This document shows, in pieces, positions 19,228 through 27,262 of a stretch of DNA of 46,603 bases (position 1 is its first letter; every line of letters starts with the position of its first letter). A model generated the notes under the pieces. It searched no databases. It was not told where the DNA came from and saw only the letters and a program-made list of their open reading frames with translations. A program made the position numbers and the translations under genes. The stretch is from Minisyncoccota bacterium (GTDB lineage Bacteria; Patescibacteriota; Microgenomatia; UBA1400; PJMF01): assembly GCA_012515515.1 (NCBI GenBank), contig JAAYYE010000012.1:1-46603 (forward strand), given 5' to 3'.

Positions 19228-21421
19228 TAATGAAGTTTAGGCGCTGAGCATCTTTAGGTATTTTCTTAATAAAGTTTTTCATAAAACCTGGTTTAACTAT
19301 GATTTCTGCTTGTTTAATCAAACCATCTTCTAAAACGTTTCTTTTTGCCTCTGCTAAACTTTTGCCCAATACTAAATTTTTTACTGATTCTTCGTCAATA
19401 TTAGCCTTAGCTTTTGCAGATAATTCAGCATCCAAAACTAAACGACTATTATCATCGCCTTTTGCTTTAGCCTGATCACTGAGTAAGGATGGCTCTTCGT
19501 CCACAAAATTATAATTTTCTGGGAGATCTAAAAGTAAAACTGCCTCTGCCAATTGTTTGAGGTCGCTAGACAGATATTTAATTGCCTCAACTTCTAAAGT
19601 CATGCTTAAAGATAGAGTTTCTACTTCATCAGCTTCTTTATGGTCATAGTCAGAGGTCTTTATTTGGCTATTACCAGTGGGCACAAAATACACCCCAGCT
19701 GTTGATTCTTGAGCAAAATCATTGCTAGCACTGTCATTTAGCTTAGTTTTTAATTGGTTTAACAACTTATCTAGGTCATCTTTAGAAACCACTCTCACTT
19801 CTCGACTAGATCCTCCAGAAAAATCAGCAATAGCTGTTGCCGAATAAGTGTCTTCACTAAAATCGGCAATTTTAAGTTTGCTATCTTTTTTAATGTTTGC
19901 CTCAGCTCCAATATCTTTAGCTGTAATGGCAACCTTTTCACTCCCATAATCAATACCTCGGCCACCGTCTTTTTCTTCAGCGCCTGGAATAGTGAGCTCT
20001 TCATCTAAAGTAAAAACAATTTTGTCATAAATTAAATTTGTCTTAGCCGCAAAAGTTTTATCTGTAAAAGTTTTATTAAACAACTCAACTTCCCCCTTCG
20101 CCTTGTCTCCAACCAGGCTAATGCCCGTTGTACTTAAAGAATCTTTGCCGCTCACTTCTTTTTTCACCAAACTAGCTTTGAGCAAATTTCTGCTGAAATC
20201 AGATTCATTTAATTGAGGATCTAGGGTGATCTCTAAATTTTTCTGTAAAATTTGCACATTGGGTGTCAGCTTAATTGTCACAGACATTAAGGAACTAAAC
20301 ATTACAAACACTAAAATTACCAGCAATAAACCAAATCCTCCACCAATTAAGATTGGCTTGCGATTCTTCTCAAAAAAACGGCTAGCATTGATCATCCAAC
20401 GCTTTTTTGTCATTTTTTTGGTAGGCAAAACCTCACTTGCGGGCTCATCTTGCAAGTCATCAGCACCATCAGCATCCAGTTCTTGAGTTTGCAGATTGTC
20501 AGACAAAACTGCTTGCTTTTTTAACTCTAAACTGGTTTTTGTATCACTTAAATCAATGCCAAAACTGCTAACTGATTGCTCTTGCTCTTTGAGCTTTTCT
20601 TCTTTGCTTGCTTCATTTTCTAGATCAGGCGATAAGATTAAATCTTTTAATAGCATCTGGCTAGCAGCAATGCTCAGGGCCTTAATTAAAAAATCAGGCT
20701 CTAAAACTACAAATTCAGGCACTTGCAGAAAACCACCAATTTGCGTCCAATCAAAATTTTGCAACATGGCTTGCTCTTTAATTAAGGTTTTTTGCGGCAG
20801 GTTTAGTGAAGTGATAAAAACCTTATTGGGAAAATATTTGCCTTTTTCCACTAGATCTTGACTAATTCTGGCTAAGCCTTCTTGCAAATCATCACTTAAT
20901 TTAGCCGATCTACCAACCTTAAGATTGGCTAATAATTGACCATGCTTGATGAGTAAGAGATCAAAATCTTTTTCTCGCAAATAGAGGGTTAATGAAGAAT
21001 CGTGAGAATCCTTGGCGACTCGAGCTTGGTGAATAGCATCTGAAATGCTCATTTGTCCCAAAGGAGATAAACTTAAATCATCAGCCAATTCTTTAACTAT
21101 TACTCTTTTACTATCTAAGAGATCTCCATCTTTTAACCAATTTTCATCAAAAATAAAAACACAATCTGCCACTTCTTCAGCAGCGGGACCCAAATCTTGT
21201 AAAGATGAATCGAGTTGAGCTAATAAATCCTGACGATCAAAATAACTTTTGATGGACGAATATTTCTTTATTTCTTGATTTTTACTAACTAAAGCGCTTT
21301 GCAATTCTTGATCACTTAAAATAATGGAGATGAATAATTCCTCATCTGGCAATTCATTTGTTGGAGCTTGATCTGGCTTAGCTTTTTTAGCTATATTTAT
21401 TTTATTAAAAAGATTGGGCAT
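19220..21421 (-). CDS. Hypothetical 733-aa bitopic membrane protein (cytoplasmic N-domain, charged linker, one TM, large ectodomain)
   Basis: Long ORF in operon context, with its stop overlapping the sortase start by 8 nt. The single hydrophobic segment is ILIGGGFGLLLVILVFVMFSSLM. I recognise no confident family. The ectodomain motif VAITAKDIGAEANIKK is reminiscent of baseplate J/gp47-like proteins, with low certainty. Confidence 0.75.
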   Translation of the reverse strand: MPNLFNKINIAKKAKPDQAPTNELPDEELFISIILSDQELQSALVSKNQEIKKYSSIKSYFDRQDLLAQLDSSLQDLGPAAEEVADCVFIFDENWLKDGDLLDSKRVIVKELADDLSLSPLGQMSISDAIHQARVAKDSHDSSLTLYLREKDFDLLLIKHGQLLANLKVGRSAKLSDDLQEGLARISQDLVEKGKYFPNKVFITSLNLPQKTLIKEQAMLQNFDWTQIGGFLQVPEFVVLEPDFLIKALSIAASQMLLKDLILSPDLENEASKEEKLKEQEQSVSSFGIDLSDTKTSLELKKQAVLSDNLQTQELDADGADDLQDEPASEVLPTKKMTKKRWMINASRFFEKNRKPILIGGGFGLLLVILVFVMFSSLMSVTIKLTPNVQILQKNLEITLDPQLNESDFSRNLLKASLVKKEVSGKDSLSTTGISLVGDKAKGEVELFNKTFTDKTFAAKTNLIYDKIVFTLDEELTIPGAEEKDGGRGIDYGSEKVAITAKDIGAEANIKKDSKLKIADFSEDTYSATAIADFSGGSSREVRVVSKDDLDKLLNQLKTKLNDSASNDFAQESTAGVYFVPTGNSQIKTSDYDHKEADEVETLSLSMTLEVEAIKYLSSDLKQLAEAVLLLDLPENYNFVDEEPSLLSDQAKAKGDDNSRLVLDAELSAKAKANIDEESVKNLVLGKSLAEAKRNVLEDGLIKQAEIIVKPGFMKNFIKKIPKDAQRLNFIID

Positions 21422-21520
21422 AGTTTTTGAATAATAAAGACTGGGTTTATTTTAAACCTTAAGCTCTATTAAAGCAGAATTTCAAGCAATTTTGAAGAAC
21501 AGAGTGAACTTTATTTAAAT

Positions 21521-23425
21521 TTATTTAAAACGTAAATAAATTCTTCTAATTCCCTCGGCAATGGCCTTTTCTTTAAAAATTGTCAGCTCGCCAAACTCGG
21601 CTATTTGGCTAGTGTGTTGAACATGCGGACCACCACACAATTCTTTAGAAACCCAATTTTTTTGATCGCCGATGGTATAAACTGTAACTTGCTCTGGATA
21701 ACGCTCGGCAAAAAAGGCAATTGCCCCTGACTTCAGTGCCTCATCCTTTGGCAAAGTCTGACTTGAGACTGGTAAATCATCTTTTAGCCATTGATTAATT
21801 AATTGCTCAATAGCTTCTAATTCTGTAGAACTAACTGCTCGATCAAAATTAAAATCAAATCTTAAGCGTTCGCTAGTAATGTTGGAACCCTTTTGTTGCA
21901 CCTGATCTCCTAAAACTTGACGCAAGGCTGCCTGGAGCAAATGAGTAGCTGTATGAAAAGCGGTTGTTCGTTGATTGTGATCAGCCAAGCCACCTTTAAA
22001 TTTTTGCGCAGCAGTGTCGCGAGATAAGCTGGCGTGTTGAAGATTGGCTTTAATAATTTTTTCTTCGATTTTGTCCTCAATGGCGATTCCTCGAATTTTA
22101 GCTTCTTCAATCGACAATTCAAAAGGAAAGCCAAAACTTTCATAAAGTTTAAAAGCAATATCAGCTGTTAATTGAGCCTGATCACTTAATAAGCGATTAA
22201 ATTCTTTTAAACCTCGCTCCAAACTGCGGTTAAATTTATCTTCTTCGTCTTTGAGCACTTGATTAATTAAAGTTTCTTTATTTTTTAAATCTGGATAGAA
22301 ATCTTGATAAAGCTCAATGACTGCTGGCGTCAGCTTGACCAAAGATTGGCGCTCTAATTCTAAATATTGTGCTTGCCTTAAGGAGCGTCTGATTAGACGT
22401 CTTAACAAATATCCTTGTTCTTTGTTGCTTGGCAAAACCCCATCGGCAATTAGCATGACGCTGGCCCTGATATGATCAGCAATAATGCGAAAAGCAGCTT
22501 GAAATTCTGCTTGCTGGTAATCCTTGCCGCTGAGGCTACTTAATCTTTCAATAATTCCTCGAAAGACACTGCTTTGAAAAACATCTGATTGATGCTCCAT
22601 CACCGTTAACAAACGTTCTAAACCGCCACCAAAATCAATATTTTTTTGTTTTAATTCTTGAAAACCGCTTGCTGTCCGCTGATATTGCATAAAAACGCTG
22701 TTGCCAATTTCTAAAAAACGCCCGCAATCACAATTAATATGACAATTTTCTTGATTAAAAGGCGATTGCTGATGAATTAACTGCTCTGTATTTGGCTCGG
22801 CAAAATCGTAAAAAACTTCGCTATCAGGACCACCAATTTCTCCAACGGGCATCTGCCCAGGCACTCCAGATCTTGACCACCAATTTTTTTCTTCGCCATA
22901 AAAAAATATTCTGCCACCCTGTAAACCTTGTAGTGGATTATCAACAATTTTGGCCTCAACGCCTTTTTTCTCAAATAAATTCTGCCAAATGTTGGCACTT
23001 TCTTGATCTTTTGGAATATTTAGTTCTTGATTGCCAGCAAAAACAGAAACATAAAGACGCGTGGGATCTAATTTTAAAACATCCACTAAAAATTCAAAGA
23101 AAAACTCAATTTGTTCTTGTTTAAAATAATCGCCAAATGACCAATTACCCAACATTTCAAAAAAAGTAGTGTGTCGATTATCACCCACTTCTTCAATGTC
23201 CTCGCTGCGAAAACATTTTTGTGAATTAACTATCCTTTTGCCATGAGGATGACTTTCCCCTAGAAAATAAGGAATCATTGGCTGCATTCCGGCACTAGTA
23301 AACAAGGTACTAGGATCGTTTTCTGGCACTAAATTAGCAGAAGGAACAAACAAATGCCCTTTATTGATAAAAAAATCTAGATATAAACGGCGCAATGTAG
23401 ATAAGGTTAAAGAATTACTAGCCAT
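21521..23425 (-). CDS. alaS: Alanine--tRNA ligase, short form (catalytic, tRNA-recognition and editing domains; no C-Ala domain)
   Basis: 634 aa. The class II AlaRS N-terminus is present (FFINKGHLFVPSANLVP, FTSAGMQPM, KCFR). Editing-domain motifs are HTATHLLQAALRQ and CGGPHV. The protein ends ~240 aa short of typical bacterial AlaRS. Confidence 0.95.
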   Translation of the reverse strand: MASNSLTLSTLRRLYLDFFINKGHLFVPSANLVPENDPSTLFTSAGMQPMIPYFLGESHPHGKRIVNSQKCFRSEDIEEVGDNRHTTFFEMLGNWSFGDYFKQEQIEFFFEFLVDVLKLDPTRLYVSVFAGNQELNIPKDQESANIWQNLFEKKGVEAKIVDNPLQGLQGGRIFFYGEEKNWWSRSGVPGQMPVGEIGGPDSEVFYDFAEPNTEQLIHQQSPFNQENCHINCDCGRFLEIGNSVFMQYQRTASGFQELKQKNIDFGGGLERLLTVMEHQSDVFQSSVFRGIIERLSSLSGKDYQQAEFQAAFRIIADHIRASVMLIADGVLPSNKEQGYLLRRLIRRSLRQAQYLELERQSLVKLTPAVIELYQDFYPDLKNKETLINQVLKDEEDKFNRSLERGLKEFNRLLSDQAQLTADIAFKLYESFGFPFELSIEEAKIRGIAIEDKIEEKIIKANLQHASLSRDTAAQKFKGGLADHNQRTTAFHTATHLLQAALRQVLGDQVQQKGSNITSERLRFDFNFDRAVSSTELEAIEQLINQWLKDDLPVSSQTLPKDEALKSGAIAFFAERYPEQVTVYTIGDQKNWVSKELCGGPHVQHTSQIAEFGELTIFKEKAIAEGIRRIYLRFK

Positions 23426-23431
23426 GAAATT

Positions 23432-23440
23432 ATTATAGCA
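23432..23440 (-). promoter_or_regulatory. Extended -10 element TGcTATAAT, 6 nt upstream of the alaS ATG (candidate leaderless promoter)
   Basis: The minus strand reads cTGcTATAAT-aatttc-ATG within the 21-nt gap between the upstream stop (23447) and the alaS start (23425). No Shine-Dalgarno sequence lies between them. Confidence 0.4.
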
Positions 23441-23446
23441 GGCAAA

Positions 23447-23803
23447 CTAAATACCCTTGAATTGATTCTTTTTTTTGTTTCTCCAAGAGCTTTTCCGTGC
23501 TTTTTCCTTATTTTTTTCTTTTTCTAATTTTAATAAAGCCAGACTCATATTGTCTTTAAATTCAAATAATGATTGTTTTAATTCTGAAAAATATTTATTT
23601 TTAACTTCATCTAATGTTAAATGAGGATCGTCGATTAAACCCTCTTTATATAAATCGAGCCTAGCCTTTTCCCACTTTTTACCAAGTTTTTTCCAAGTTT
23701 TTTTGCCAGAAGCGGTGGAAAAATAACTCACAAGCGCTCCTAAAGACAGACCAGTGACCAAGCCAGACAAAAATTTACCAGATGACTGTTTATTTTGATC
23801 CAT
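23447..23803 (-). CDS. YtxH-like small membrane-associated protein
   Basis: 118 aa with an N-terminal Gly-zipper-like segment (GKFLSGLVTGLSLGALVSYF) followed by a charged helical region. It is adjacent to a DUF948-like gene, as in the Bacillus ytxG-ytxH arrangement. Confidence 0.5.
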   Translation of the reverse strand: MDQNKQSSGKFLSGLVTGLSLGALVSYFSTASGKKTWKKLGKKWEKARLDLYKEGLIDDPHLTLDEVKNKYFSELKQSLFEFKDNMSLALLKLEKEKNKEKARKSSWRNKKKNQFKGI

Positions 23804-23806
23804 AAC

Positions 23807-24160
23807 TTATTTTTTCTTCGACTTAGTTACTTCTTCGTCTTCGTCATCAATGCTATCTTCATCAATAAGATCTTCATCTTGATCGCGATTTAACCAAGCC
23901 ATAAAACTCTCAGTAATTTTTAATCCAGAAATAAAATTGCTAACAAAAACACTCAGGCCATGAAAGGGGTTGAGAATGCCTTCAATTTTATTGTGTGTGA
24001 GATCAACTACTTGACTGGCTTTATCAATCGTTAAATTAAACTTTTTTAAAGACTCTTGAACCTGCCCCAAAACCATAATCAGCTTTATTGCTAAAATCAC
24101 CAACATAATGGTTAAAATTGCGACAGAAATAGTTAGTACTAAAGGTAAAGTATCCGGCAT
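23807..24160 (-). CDS. DUF948 (YtxG)-like membrane-anchored coiled-coil protein with an acidic tail
   Basis: 117 aa with an N-terminal TM segment (LVLTISVAILTIMLVILAIKLIMV), then a helical region and the tail DQDEDLIDEDSIDDEDEE. Confidence 0.45.
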   Translation of the reverse strand: MPDTLPLVLTISVAILTIMLVILAIKLIMVLGQVQESLKKFNLTIDKASQVVDLTHNKIEGILNPFHGLSVFVSNFISGLKITESFMAWLNRDQDEDLIDEDSIDDEDEEVTKSKKK

Positions 24161-24229
24161 AATGAGCTTTCTTAATTAGTAAAATTATTTTACGACAAGA
24201 GAAAACAATTTGCCAGTTAAGTTAAAGAA

Positions 24230-24886
24230 TTAAAATTCAACCCGAATACTTTTTTGCACAACACTGGTTTTGCCACGACGATCTGTAGCTTTAACCGTAA
24301 TCGTGGTCGGGCCCTCAATGTCAAAATAGAGCTCGGTATTAAAAAAGCCATCGGCTTGGAGAGCTACTGGCTGAGCATTAACCAGCACTATGGCATCCAT
24401 CACCGTTTGCCCTTCAACCACCACTCTGTTGGCAGTCACTTGATTGTCTTCTGGTTGAAAAAGAACTAAGCGTGGTGGTCGATTTAAAGAAAACCATTGC
24501 CAAGCCGTATAAAGCGCAAAACTCAGCAACATAATAATAATTGCTGAGACAGTCAGACGTATTGGTGAAAACAATTTGGCTTTTTTAAAACTTTCTTTTA
24601 AAAATTCACGAGGTAGCAGCCTACCTTTAGCGCTTTCTCGATAATCTCGACGCAAAATTGCCAACAAAGGTTGTGGATCAACTGCCAATAATTTTGCATA
24701 ATTGCTCACATATGCCTTGGCATAGCTAGCATTGGGCAAAACAGCAAAATCATCATTTTCAATAGCTTGCAAATACTTGAGCTTAATAAAAGTAGCTTTG
24801 GCAACATCCTCCAACTCTAAACCAGCTTTTTTTCGATTGGTCTTTAATAAATCACCCAGCGTTTGGGTTTTAACCATTTGATTCAT
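24230..24886 (-). CDS. RodZ-like protein (N-terminal HTH, TM segment, C-terminal beta-rich domain)
   Basis: 218 aa. The XRE-type HTH is LGDLLKTNRKKAGLELEDVAKATFIKLKYLQAIE, the TM segment is LTVSAIIIMLLSFALYTAWQWF, and the C-terminal domain resembles DUF4115. Confidence 0.6.
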   Translation of the reverse strand: MNQMVKTQTLGDLLKTNRKKAGLELEDVAKATFIKLKYLQAIENDDFAVLPNASYAKAYVSNYAKLLAVDPQPLLAILRRDYRESAKGRLLPREFLKESFKKAKLFSPIRLTVSAIIIMLLSFALYTAWQWFSLNRPPRLVLFQPEDNQVTANRVVVEGQTVMDAIVLVNAQPVALQADGFFNTELYFDIEGPTTITVKATDRRGKTSVVQKSIRVEF

Positions 24887-24893
24887 TAGGGCA

Positions 24894-24922
24894 ATTTTAG
24901 AAAGAATTGAAAACTAAAGCAA
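24894..24922 (-). promoter_or_regulatory. Candidate promoter placed for a leaderless rodZ-like mRNA
   Basis: The minus strand reads TTGCTT (24917..24922), a 17-nt spacer, TAAAAT (24894..24899), then tgcccta and the ATG at 24886. No Shine-Dalgarno sequence lies between them. Confidence 0.35.
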
Positions 24923-24931
24923 GTTCTAAAC

Positions 24932-25366
24932 TTAATTACTCAATATTTTTTTGAGCAAGGCTGCAATGCGCGCTCCATCTGCTTGTGCAGCCAGTTGTTT
25001 GCTTAGTTGACCCATTAAAGGACCAAAATATTTAGTCGCGCTTTTTTCAACAAATTCTTGGATAAATTTTTCTAACTCAAGATCACTGAGCTGCTTAGGC
25101 AAATAGGATTCTAAGATCTTGATTTTGCTTTCTGTTTCAGCAATTAAATCTTCTCGATTAGCTTTTTTAAAATCCTCCAAAGCATCCAGTTGTTGATTAA
25201 GTAATTTTTTAATAATTTTTTGGACAACTAAGTCGTCAGCTGTTCCATGATCTATTTCATGATTCTTGATATCACTGCGAATTAAGCGAATCACGCCAAG
25301 ACGCTCAGCATCTTTAGCCTTCATGGCTGTTTTCATTTCTTCAAAGAGTTGTTCTTGTAAATTCAT
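24932..25366 (-). CDS. yqeY: GatB/YqeY domain protein
   Basis: Begins MNLQEQLFEEMKTAMKAKDAERLGVIRLIRSDIKN, typical of YqeY. I moved the start from 25420 to the ATG at 25366 because the longer ORF runs into the tRNA gene. Confidence 0.85.
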   Translation of the reverse strand: MNLQEQLFEEMKTAMKAKDAERLGVIRLIRSDIKNHEIDHGTADDLVVQKIIKKLLNQQLDALEDFKKANREDLIAETESKIKILESYLPKQLSDLELEKFIQEFVEKSATKYFGPLMGQLSKQLAAQADGARIAALLKKILSN

Positions 25367-25387
25367 AATGATCCTTTTTTTCTTAGG

Positions 25388-25461
25388 TGGACAATACTGG
25401 ACTCGAACCAGTGACCTCACGAATGTGAATCGTGCGCTCTAACCAACTGAGCTAATTGTCC
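25388..25461 (-). tRNA. tRNA-Val (anticodon CAC)
   Basis: The minus strand folds as a 74-nt cloverleaf:
- acceptor stem GGACAAT/ATTGTCC
- D-arm GCTC...GAGC
- anticodon stem CACGA/TCGTG with loop TTCACAT
- T-arm ACTGG-TTCGAGT-CCAGT
- discriminator A

The 3-prime CCA is not encoded; the following bases are CCT. Confidence 0.93.
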
Positions 25462-25549
25462 GCTAGTTATAAGTCTTATTATAAAACAAAGCTCGCTTTT
25501 TTGATAAGGCATTCGCTTACTTGTCAGTTAGCGTCATTAGACTAAATTA

Positions 25550-26230
25550 ATGAGTAATTTGGGTGATTGGTCTTTTTCGCATTTTTGGCAAGCCTTTATT
25601 TTTCCCGACTTCTGCCAAGACTGTCAAAAATTAGGACCAATGTTGTGCGAATCTTGTTATCAGCTGGTGGAATTTTTTTGGCAAGAAGATCTCACTCAAT
25701 TGTTTGGCAAAAATTTTACGCAAGTCTATTTTGATCAAGTTAAAATTATGGCAAGTTTTAAAAAACCCCTCAGTTCCTTGATTAAATCTCTTAAATATCA
25801 GCATCACAGTCGCGCCGCAAAATTTTTAGCACAAATGTTATTTTTTCACGTCTATATAGATTACCAAGAAATTGACTACATTTCATTTATCCCGATTCAT
25901 CAGCAAAAAAAGAAAAAAAGAGGCTACAATCAAAGCCAGTTAATCGCTCAAGAATTAGCTTTATGGGCAAAAAAGCCCTGTAAAAATTTCTTAGTAAAAA
26001 ATAAAAACACCAAAGCTCAGGCACAGATCACTGATAAAAAAAGCAGATTGGCGAGATTAAATCATAACTTTGCCATTGTTCCTGCATATAAAAATAGCTT
26101 GTTAAATCAACGCATTCTGTTAATTGATGATGTGATTACCACTGGAGCTACCATTAATAGCGCTAGTCAAATTTTAAAAGAAAATGGCGCGACAAAGATC
26201 ACTGCTTTGGCTTTGGCCTCTAAACTATAA
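25550..26230 (+). CDS. comF: ComF-family phosphoribosyltransferase-like protein
   Basis: 226 aa with an N-terminal Cys-rich segment (CQDCQKLGPMLCESCY) and a C-terminal PRTase motif (ILLIDDVITTGATINSA). It is one of only two plus-strand genes. Confidence 0.85.
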   Translation: MSNLGDWSFSHFWQAFIFPDFCQDCQKLGPMLCESCYQLVEFFWQEDLTQLFGKNFTQVYFDQVKIMASFKKPLSSLIKSLKYQHHSRAAKFLAQMLFFHVYIDYQEIDYISFIPIHQQKKKKRGYNQSQLIAQELALWAKKPCKNFLVKNKNTKAQAQITDKKSRLARLNHNFAIVPAYKNSLLNQRILLIDDVITTGATINSASQILKENGATKITALALASKL

Positions 26231-26265
26231 AATTAGCTTTAAAACTATAAAAATATTGATCTATC

Positions 26266-26294
26266 TTGATATTATCGAGTAAAAATGCTATAAT
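26266..26294 (+). promoter_or_regulatory. Near-consensus sigma70 promoter for ssrA
   Basis: TTGATA (26266..26271), a 17-nt spacer, then TGcTATAAT with the -10 at 26289..26294. It ends 16 nt upstream of the mature tmRNA 5-prime end. Confidence 0.65.
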
Positions 26295-26310
26295 TACTTG
26301 TTCATTAACA

Positions 26311-26715
26311 GGGGATGTATTGCTTTGACGTCAATCAGCTTTAATCATGGCAGATCATCTTTGGTGGCAAGATGTTAAACAACACTAAAATATAACTGTC
26401 AAAAACAGTTTAAAAACAGCAGCTAATAAAATCGCAAGTCTTTTTGACTTCGGTTATGCGGCTGCTCCAGCTTTTGCTTAATTGCAAACGCCGGCATTTA
26501 GCGATGAGTTCATATCGACGACTCGCGCTAGGTGACAACCTAGTCGATTGGCAAAAATAAAGAATCAGATCGCTTTATTTCCAAGAACTTGATCTGGATG
26601 AAGCAAAGAAAGTTTGTTTATTAACTTTTTGTTTCACATCAAAAATAAACTAAATCTGTAGACATCATTAGGGTCAGATTAGCGGACGCGGGAGCAAAAC
26701 CCGCCATCTCCACCA
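26311..26715 (+). ncRNA. ssrA: tmRNA (SsrA), one-piece form
   Basis: The 5-prime GGGGATG pairs with the 3-prime CATCTCC-A-CCA, including the G3:U pair. A conserved GCTTTGACG element lies near the 5-prime end, and the 3-prime end reads GGACGCGGGAGCAAAACCCGCCATCTCCACCA. The internal tag frame at 26419/26422..26481 encodes (A)ANKIASLFDFGYAAAPAFA followed by TAA. Confidence 0.93.
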
Positions 26716-26761
26716 TATAATGGTATTGTTTTAACCGCAAATTTCTTGAAAAATTATGTGT

Positions 26762-27262
26762 TTACAACTCTATTTCTGAGCAATGATGTTTGTGGCAGAT
26801 ACTGTTTTGTAACTCCTGTTTTAATTTAAGATCAGCATTAGAAGCTTTATCATTGCTTACAAAAAACATTTTTTGACTCGGCAGAGCCAGTAATTTATTT
26901 TCTAAATCTTGATCGACAAGATCTTCTTCAATTGAATACACGGGGGAATTAATATTATTGATTTCTAAATAATAATTAATTATATCATAATTATCTGTAG
27001 CCAAAACAGTGCTGTTTGAGGCAATTTGATCTTTAATATTGCTTTCAATATTGTCTATAAATAGAAATTCATAAGCGTTTAATGAGTTGATTGTAAAAAT
27101 TAATAAAGTAATGATTAAAACAATTTTTTGACTAGTTTTTTGATGAAATTGAGCAAAAATAAAGACGTTAGCAAGGGTAAACAAAACCAATTGCCTAGCT
27201 ACAAAATTGGGACATAAAAACACTGAAGTAACAATCGACAAAATAATTGTCGTTAAAGACAA
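26762..27262 (-). CDS. Membrane protein; probable C-terminal part of a split GT-C glycosyltransferase (TTG start as listed in the ORF track)
   Basis: 166 aa with 2-3 N-terminal TM segments and a ~100-aa soluble tail. Its frame stays open for 9 codons upstream of the TTG and overlaps the end of the preceding ORF across an A8/T8 run. Confidence 0.55.
   Translation of the reverse strand: MSLTTIILSIVTSVFLCPNFVARQLVLFTLANVFIFAQFHQKTSQKIVLIITLLIFTINSLNAYEFLFIDNIESNIKDQIASNSTVLATDNYDIINYYLEINNINSPVYSIEEDLVDQDLENKLLALPSQKMFFVSNDKASNADLKLKQELQNSICHKHHCSEIEL

Noticed and set aside
25367-25420. The 18-codon N-terminal extension of the yqeY ORF (MRSLVRVQYCPPKKKRII…).
   Set aside because: The extension is the reverse read-through of the tRNA-Val gene (25388..25461). 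The conserved YqeY sequence starts at the ATG at 25366.
26716-26745. A possible terminator hairpin, ACCAT-ata-ATGGT, overlapping the tmRNA CCA end.
   Set aside because: It has only 5 bp and a 3-nt loop, shares bases with the acceptor stem, and the following T-run is interrupted. This is not convincing without transcript-end data.
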